This document shows, piece by piece, positions 16,024 through 21,336 of a stretch of DNA of 21,336 nt (the stretch's first letter is position 1; each line of letters opens with the position of its first letter). Under the pieces are notes generated by a model that saw nothing but the letters and a program-made list of their open reading frames with translations, had not been told where the DNA came from and searched no databases. The stretch comes from Acaryochloridaceae cyanobacterium VAR_48_metabat_390 (GTDB lineage: Bacteria > Cyanobacteriota > Cyanobacteriia > Thermosynechococcales > Thermosynechococcaceae): assembly GCA_031422435.1 (NCBI GenBank), contig JANPLU010000071.1:1-21336 (forward strand). The letters run 5' to 3'. Both the position numbers and the translations under genes were made by a program.

Positions 16024-16898
16024 AACTCTAAATTTTTTAAAAGTCTTATTTTGATTTTTAAGTATTGAAGAAACCATGAAAAGGTTTTAATAATAAATAC
16101 GAGTAGTCCTACAGGGAAATAATACTTTTGCATAAAATAGAAGAATTGCGTAAATAGGCTATATCGAGATTTCTTGTCAAAAAAAACAGTTTTAATAGAA
16201 AGGTCATCAATAAACCGTTGGTTTACATAGCTAGTGAAATCGTGAATAACTTTGTCCATGCCAGCCAATGCAACTTTAACATCTCCTAAAATATATGCTT
16301 TAAAACCACATCGAGTTCCTCTTAAAATATACATATCATCTCCGCCATAGTGAGGAAATCGTTTATTATCAGGAAATCCAATATAATCAACTAAAGATTT
16401 AGAAAACCCTACACAATAGCCAGCCATGCTATCAACAGAAGTTACCTGATCTGGAGATGCCGTAACACGCCTGCGTCCTTGACAGCCATTTTCAATATAT
16501 ATTTTTGTTTTCTCTGAATAACAAATTGGTGCTGCGACAGTGTTTGTATTGTCACTCAAAAAATTAATGACATATTTAAGAGTGTCTACATCTGGCAGAC
16601 AATCATCATTTAGCCAAATAAAGTATTCTGCTTTGTGCTGATAGGCATACTTCATTCCTTGCTTGATTGCGCCTGTCCACCATAAATTTCCATCACCTTT
16701 AATTAAAATAACTTGAGGATATTGCGCTTCTATCATTTCTGATGTTCCGTCTGTCGAACCATCATCAATTACTACTACATAATATTGACTCAAGATCATT
16801 TGTCGCTGAAGATGATCTAAGCAACGTAGTGTGATATCTCGACGGTTATGAACTGGAATCAGTATATAAACTGATTCTTTTTGATACTCTAATTGCAT
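16020..16898 (-). CDS. GT2 glycosyltransferase
   Basis: ILIPVHNRRDITLRCL, VIDDGSTDGT, GDGNLWWTGA, WLNDDC, FPHYGGD. Confidence 0.92.
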   Translation of the reverse strand: MQLEYQKESVYILIPVHNRRDITLRCLDHLQRQMILSQYYVVVIDDGSTDGTSEMIEAQYPQVILIKGDGNLWWTGAIKQGMKYAYQHKAEYFIWLNDDCLPDVDTLKYVINFLSDNTNTVAAPICYSEKTKIYIENGCQGRRRVTASPDQVTSVDSMAGYCVGFSKSLVDYIGFPDNKRFPHYGGDDMYILRGTRCGFKAYILGDVKVALAGMDKVIHDFTSYVNQRFIDDLSIKTVFFDKKSRYSLFTQFFYFMQKYYFPVGLLVFIIKTFSWFLQYLKIKIRLLKNLEL

Positions 16899-16907
16899 GT
16901 ATTGAGA

Positions 16908-18143
16908 TTACTTAAGTTTTGATACTGTTAAGGATTTATTAGAAGCTTTACAAGAAATATTCAAAAAGTTTTGTGCATAAGTCTGGCTGAGTTGTTGATT
17001 TTGCTTAAGAGCTTGAGTTTCAGCTAGTAGGTCTGGCCCAGGTGATAATGTAGGTAATAGTGTAGCTATTGTCTGGGCTAAATCTTCTGGAGAATGGGGA
17101 GAAAAATAAGTCGTGCATGGGGGATTTTGCTCTCGATGTACTAAAGTATCTGACAGAAGAATACTTTTGCTTAAAGTTCTCGCATCTTCAACCACTGTAC
17201 TCCATCCCTCAAAAAGAGAGGGTTGAATAACTGCAAGTGACCTTCGCATTAATTGTATTTGGTCAAAACGAGAAATCAGACCCAAAATGATAAATTGTTG
17301 ATGAAGTTTGAACTGATCAATTAACTGAAGTAAATTTTTTCCATGACTTGGAGATCGTTTGTCGTTCAGTTCTCCTGTACAGACAATGACTGGAAAAAGA
17401 GAGTATTCTTGAAGAATATGCAGAGATTCAATAAGAATTTGATGATTTTTATGTTTCCAAAATTGATTGCTAACCAGAAAGAAAAAATCAGGTAAATAAT
17501 AGTTTTTTTGAACAGTTTTAGGATTGCCTTCAAACCAAGACTGTTCGGGTACTGTATGGAAATTTAGAACGAATGCTTGAGCAGTAGCTAAGGGGTAAAA
17601 TTTTTGAAAGTCCTTTAGAGCAACTTGACTACTTAAAACAATATTAGCCGCATGATTAGCTATTCGATTAAACAAGGCATCTCTATATCGTAACTCAGAT
17701 TCTTGGAAGAAGTGAGGTAGATGTTTATGTTGGAAGTCTGGTATCCAAGCAGCCCAATTAGAAGAAACATCCCATAAAAATTCTCGATTTCTAACCACTG
17801 GATAGAAAAAATCAATTGATTGAATTAATAATTCTATTGCCGCTGATGATGGAGTTAGGCATTTATGAAATGGAGGTAAAATCTTAGACACTCGATTTTT
17901 TATTTTATTTATGAATTTTTCATTTATAAAGTCGATGTTATGATGGACATCAACTAATGGCAGTAAATTCTTGTAAAAGTTTGGATTAGTCGTAGGTGTT
18001 GTAATAAGGTGCAAATTTATTTTTGCACGTTCATCTGTAGACAAAAAAGAGATCGCCTTTACTAGGTTTTGAATGTATACTGCACCGCCCATCCATGATG
18101 TAGAAGCGTGCATTAATAGTCCAATATTGATAGGTTTTACCAT
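16908..18143 (-). CDS. GT4 (group 1) glycosyltransferase
   Basis: WMGGAVYIQNL, WIPDFQHKHLP, NQFWKHKNH, QPSLFEGWSTVVEDA (EX7E). ATG at 18143 overlaps the epimerase stop by 7 nt. Confidence 0.92.
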   Translation of the reverse strand: MVKPINIGLLMHASTSWMGGAVYIQNLVKAISFLSTDERAKINLHLITTPTTNPNFYKNLLPLVDVHHNIDFINEKFINKIKNRVSKILPPFHKCLTPSSAAIELLIQSIDFFYPVVRNREFLWDVSSNWAAWIPDFQHKHLPHFFQESELRYRDALFNRIANHAANIVLSSQVALKDFQKFYPLATAQAFVLNFHTVPEQSWFEGNPKTVQKNYYLPDFFFLVSNQFWKHKNHQILIESLHILQEYSLFPVIVCTGELNDKRSPSHGKNLLQLIDQFKLHQQFIILGLISRFDQIQLMRRSLAVIQPSLFEGWSTVVEDARTLSKSILLSDTLVHREQNPPCTTYFSPHSPEDLAQTIATLLPTLSPGPDLLAETQALKQNQQLSQTYAQNFLNISCKASNKSLTVSKLK

Positions 18144-19060
18144 CCCCGAATCTCCGCACGACACCACTGAGAAAAAACTTGAAGGCCACGCTCGAGAGGA
18201 ACCTCTAACTGAAAATCTAAGGATTGAATCATCTTAATATCCGCACACCAATTAAGCGGTGTCCCGATAGGTATGTGTCCATCAAATTCTAAAGGGATAT
18301 TTAAATCAAGTTCATGGAGTATTTGAGTAGCCAATGTTTGTATGGTTGTCTCCATACCACTTGCTAGATTGTAGACCTCTGACTCAAAGGGTGCCCAATT
18401 AGCAAGTAAAAATAACGCTTTTGCAATATCACGGACATGGATAAAGTCTCGGCTTTCTTGCCCAGTGCCTCGAAGCTTTAGTACAGGCTGTGTAAGGGCT
18501 TTTTGGCAAATATCCCAGAGTACCTGTCGCCGTAAACCTGGCCCATAAGCTGAAAAGATCCGCACAATTGCGGTGGGCACTTGATACAGCTCAAAGAACT
18601 CTTTACAAAGCTGCTCGGACATCAACTTGTGGAAGCCATAGGGCGAAATTGGACATGCTTCATAAGTTTCTGAGACTGGTAGCTCAACTGGATTCCCATA
18701 TACAGCAGCACTAGATAAAAATAACATTCGACATTTGGGAGCATAAATTCTCAATGCATCCAACAACTGAAAAGTAAGGGATACGCCAGACTGAAAGTCA
18801 GCTGCTGGATCGTGGACTGATAGATCGACGGATGCTCTTCCTGCACAATGAATACAAACATCTGGCTGCAAAGACTCAATCAATTTTGGCAATTCTGGAG
18901 ATGGCAGAATTAGAGGCTGATAAAAATGCAAGTCTTGCCTAGGGGCATTCTCCAGAGGTCGAGTTCCTAGCCCTTGTACAGACCATCCTGCCTCAGAAAA
19001 TTGACGCGCTACATAGCGCCCAATAAAACCTGTCGAACCGGTAATCAAAACATTTTTCAA
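18137..19060 (-). CDS. NAD-dependent nucleotide-sugar epimerase/dehydratase (extended SDR)
   Basis: VLITGSTGFIG (GxxGxxG), SSAAVYG, PYGFHK (YxxxK), RIFSAYGPG, RDFIHVRD. The TTG start overlaps the upstream TGA. Confidence 0.93.
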   Translation of the reverse strand: MKNVLITGSTGFIGRYVARQFSEAGWSVQGLGTRPLENAPRQDLHFYQPLILPSPELPKLIESLQPDVCIHCAGRASVDLSVHDPAADFQSGVSLTFQLLDALRIYAPKCRMLFLSSAAVYGNPVELPVSETYEACPISPYGFHKLMSEQLCKEFFELYQVPTAIVRIFSAYGPGLRRQVLWDICQKALTQPVLKLRGTGQESRDFIHVRDIAKALFLLANWAPFESEVYNLASGMETTIQTLATQILHELDLNIPLEFDGHIPIGTPLNWCADIKMIQSLDFQLEVPLERGLQVFSQWCRAEIRGW

Positions 19061-19911
19061 GGTGTTTCGGGTTTAGTTGCTAAAAAGGAATATAGTCTGC
19101 CTGGAGTTTTACATCGCCAAGAACGGATCTGATTAATTGTTTGACAAAAGATGCTGGAGTTAATCAAAATATTTGATGCGGACTTTCCTATGAAACGGTC
19201 TAACTTTTTCTGAATAAGTGTTCGGTTTTGAGAGGATGTGATTGGAGCATAATTAATTTCTGAGTCGTAAGGACCTAGAATGAGTTTAATTTGAAGACCT
19301 GCCTCTTTGATTGCTTCGCTATACTCTTGCAAGAGAAAAGCATGTTCACCTCCGTATAAAGAATGAAGAGGATGGTTTTCTAGAAATAGAGGGAGATCTT
19401 TAGATATAGATATAACGTGTTCTCTAGTTGCAATAAAAATACCACCTGGTTTTAGAACCCTGGATGCTTCTATACATAATTGTTTTAGATCCCTAGCATG
19501 ATGCAAAACTTGCCGCCCGTAGACAATATCAAAAGTATGATTGGCAAAGGGTATTGCTTCACCTTGAGCTTGTGTTGCTTGAATATTAAGGTTATAACTC
19601 TTTGCTAGTGTTCTGATTGCCTCCAATCCCACTGTAGAGCTTAAATCTGGCTCAATAGCAGTTACCGCGCAGCCTGCTTTTGCAAAACCAAAACTAGATA
19701 CACCATTGCCAGCTCCAATATCTAAGACCTTTCCAGGCAAACAGAGTGCAAGAAGTTTCTTCACAGCTAACCATTCTTCACTTTGCTCAAAACGTTGAGC
19801 AGCATTAATGGTAGGAAGATCGTAATAACAAGCTTTTACTAAATCTTGTTGTTCAGGCTGGGCACGAAGCCAAGCAACAGCTTGTTCCCAAGTTAAGCTT
19901 TTATCGCTCAT
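19057..19911 (-). CDS. Class I SAM-dependent methyltransferase
   Basis: [38 protein letters not shown]. Confidence 0.92.
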   Translation of the reverse strand: MSDKSLTWEQAVAWLRAQPEQQDLVKACYYDLPTINAAQRFEQSEEWLAVKKLLALCLPGKVLDIGAGNGVSSFGFAKAGCAVTAIEPDLSSTVGLEAIRTLAKSYNLNIQATQAQGEAIPFANHTFDIVYGRQVLHHARDLKQLCIEASRVLKPGGIFIATREHVISISKDLPLFLENHPLHSLYGGEHAFLLQEYSEAIKEAGLQIKLILGPYDSEINYAPITSSQNRTLIQKKLDRFIGKSASNILINSSIFCQTINQIRSWRCKTPGRLYSFLATKPETP

Positions 19912-20488
19912 TTTCTGGAATCTCCCGAATTATCCTTGCTGGATTACCAGCGACAATAGTCCATGCTGGAACATCTTTAGTGACGACTGAGCCAGCCCCT
20001 ACAACCGCCCCTTCTCCAATCGTTACACCCTTCAGAATTATAGTCTTAGCTCCAATCCATGCCCCTAAACATATTTGAATAGGTTTACTGTCTGTTGTAG
20101 TCCAATCGTGTTTTCGTTGCTTCCAAGCAGATAAATCATTCTTTCTAAGACTATATCTGATGCTGTGATTATTACTATCAGCCAAAACACATCCATAAGA
20201 AATTAGCACATCATTATCTATAGAGATTAATTTTACACAGTCAATTAATGTTCCCCCTCCTATATAAGTATTATCACCAATAGTTAATAAGCTTTCACTC
20301 GTTTCAGTTACCAAATCACCTTCAATTAGACAGTCATTACCTATTTTAATAACACTATTCTTATCCCGCTTGTCTATATGACCTAATATTTCTGTATTCT
20401 CACCAAGAAAATCTATGGACTTCAACGAAGTTTCACTTCGATTAAAAATTTTCAGAATAATTTTCTTAAGTACTTTTTGAGTTTCCAT
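19901..20488 (-). CDS. Hexapeptide-repeat (left-handed beta-helix) sugar O-acyltransferase
   Basis: IGNDCL/IGDNTY/IDNDVL repeats, [46 protein letters not shown]. Confidence 0.93.
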   Translation of the reverse strand: METQKVLKKIILKIFNRSETSLKSIDFLGENTEILGHIDKRDKNSVIKIGNDCLIEGDLVTETSESLLTIGDNTYIGGGTLIDCVKLISIDNDVLISYGCVLADSNNHSIRYSLRKNDLSAWKQRKHDWTTTDSKPIQICLGAWIGAKTIILKGVTIGEGAVVGAGSVVTKDVPAWTIVAGNPARIIREIPENER

Positions 20489-21227
20489 TTTTAGTAACCT
20501 TATTTCTATCTTTATAACAAATAAACCACTTCCCTACAGAAATCTTGTCGTTCCAGCAAGAGTCAATTACATAAACGCTTGGGTATGATAAATAAAATTT
20601 GTTTAGCCACCAATCAACAGAATTGTTATGAAAGCTTTGCAATGTTTTCATCCATCCCTCGTCCCTTCCACTTCTTGATACTGGCAGCATATGAAAAGAA
20701 GCAGTCTCTGTAACTCTAAAGGACTCGGCAATAAATTTTGAAATTCCTTCATTAGTAAAATGTTCTAAAGAACCTATTGAGTAGGAATGGTTAAAAAAAT
20801 TATCAGGATAATTCATTCTGGTAGCATCACCAATCTTTAAATGAGTTTCTGAGATACCACGCTCAATAGCTTTTCTTATGAGCAAATCAGAAATATCAAT
20901 TCCATAAACTTCAATATTAGAGAATTTAGAGATAATATCTATAGTTTTGCCAGTACCACAGGCGATATCTAGAATTCTACCTTTAGAATTTACCATAAGA
21001 AACTGAATTTCAGACCATACATTTCCTTCTCCCCATGTTTCTAATATCTTAGCCATATCGGCATTCCAATAGATATCTAAGTCTTGACGTTCCCCATCTT
21101 TAAAAAGATTAAAAGAAGAAGTCATAGAGAAATTACTTGAGTCATTTAAAGCTTCTTTAAATGATTTTAAAAATGACAAAAAACTCCAAAGAATAGGATG
21201 ACAAATTTGTTTTATGATGCCTTTCAT
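20466..21227 (-). CDS. Class I SAM-dependent methyltransferase
   Basis: [36 protein letters not shown]. The exact start is uncertain. Confidence 0.9.
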   Translation of the reverse strand: MKGIIKQICHPILWSFLSFLKSFKEALNDSSNFSMTSSFNLFKDGERQDLDIYWNADMAKILETWGEGNVWSEIQFLMVNSKGRILDIACGTGKTIDIISKFSNIEVYGIDISDLLIRKAIERGISETHLKIGDATRMNYPDNFFNHSYSIGSLEHFTNEGISKFIAESFRVTETASFHMLPVSRSGRDEGWMKTLQSFHNNSVDWWLNKFYLSYPSVYVIDSCWNDKISVGKWFICYKDRNKVTKNGNSKST

Positions 21228-21336
21228 ATATGTATCTCTTATTAATAAAAACTAAAGATTGGATAGATAGTTTTATCTATGTTTTTTATTTTCCTAATGT
21301 GTCAGTCAAAACTATTTAATGGTGAATTCAACCACT

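Noticed and set aside
21228..21336. Possible end of an upstream minus-strand gene (..VVEFTIK*) and hairpin ATAGATA-gttt-TATCTAT
   Set aside because: Too little sequence before the window edge, and the stem is AT-rich and weak.
1..21336. CRISPR arrays, tRNA/rRNA genes, IS transposases, integrases, prepilin genes
   Set aside because: No repeat-spacer array, structural RNA, transposase or integrase motif, or G-FTLxE prepilin motif was seen on either strand.

Overview
Cyanobacterial genomic DNA (11 HIP1 GCGATCGC octamers; Uma2 and cyanobacterial-type SPINDLY-like genes) holding two convergent glycan/surface-modification arms. The + arm (1-10844) has two tandem GT41 (OGT/SPINDLY-like) glycosyltransferases, a small SAM methyltransferase, a glycosyltransferase-methyltransferase fusion, an antisense Uma2 pseudogene, a membrane-anchored protein resembling pilin-cluster accessory proteins (PilG/XapA-like), and a large O-antigen-ligase (Wzy_C)/TPR membrane protein. 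The - arm (21227 to 10863) is a tightly coupled glycan operon: two methyltransferases, an acyltransferase, an epimerase, a GT4, three GT2s and a priming polyprenyl-phosphate sugar transferase. It is interrupted by two toxin-antitoxin modules (an intact MazEF-type pair; an MNT-HEPN pair with a frameshifted toxin) and by a decayed 5' copy of one GT2 gene. The most interesting reading, which is inference, is a protein (probably type IV pilin) glycosylation locus that joins a cytoplasmic GT41 route to a lipid-linked oligosaccharyltransferase route, with a HIP1-rich core between AT-rich, HIP1-free variable cassettes. No pilin, flippase or ABC exporter gene lies inside the window, so the substrate is not shown here.
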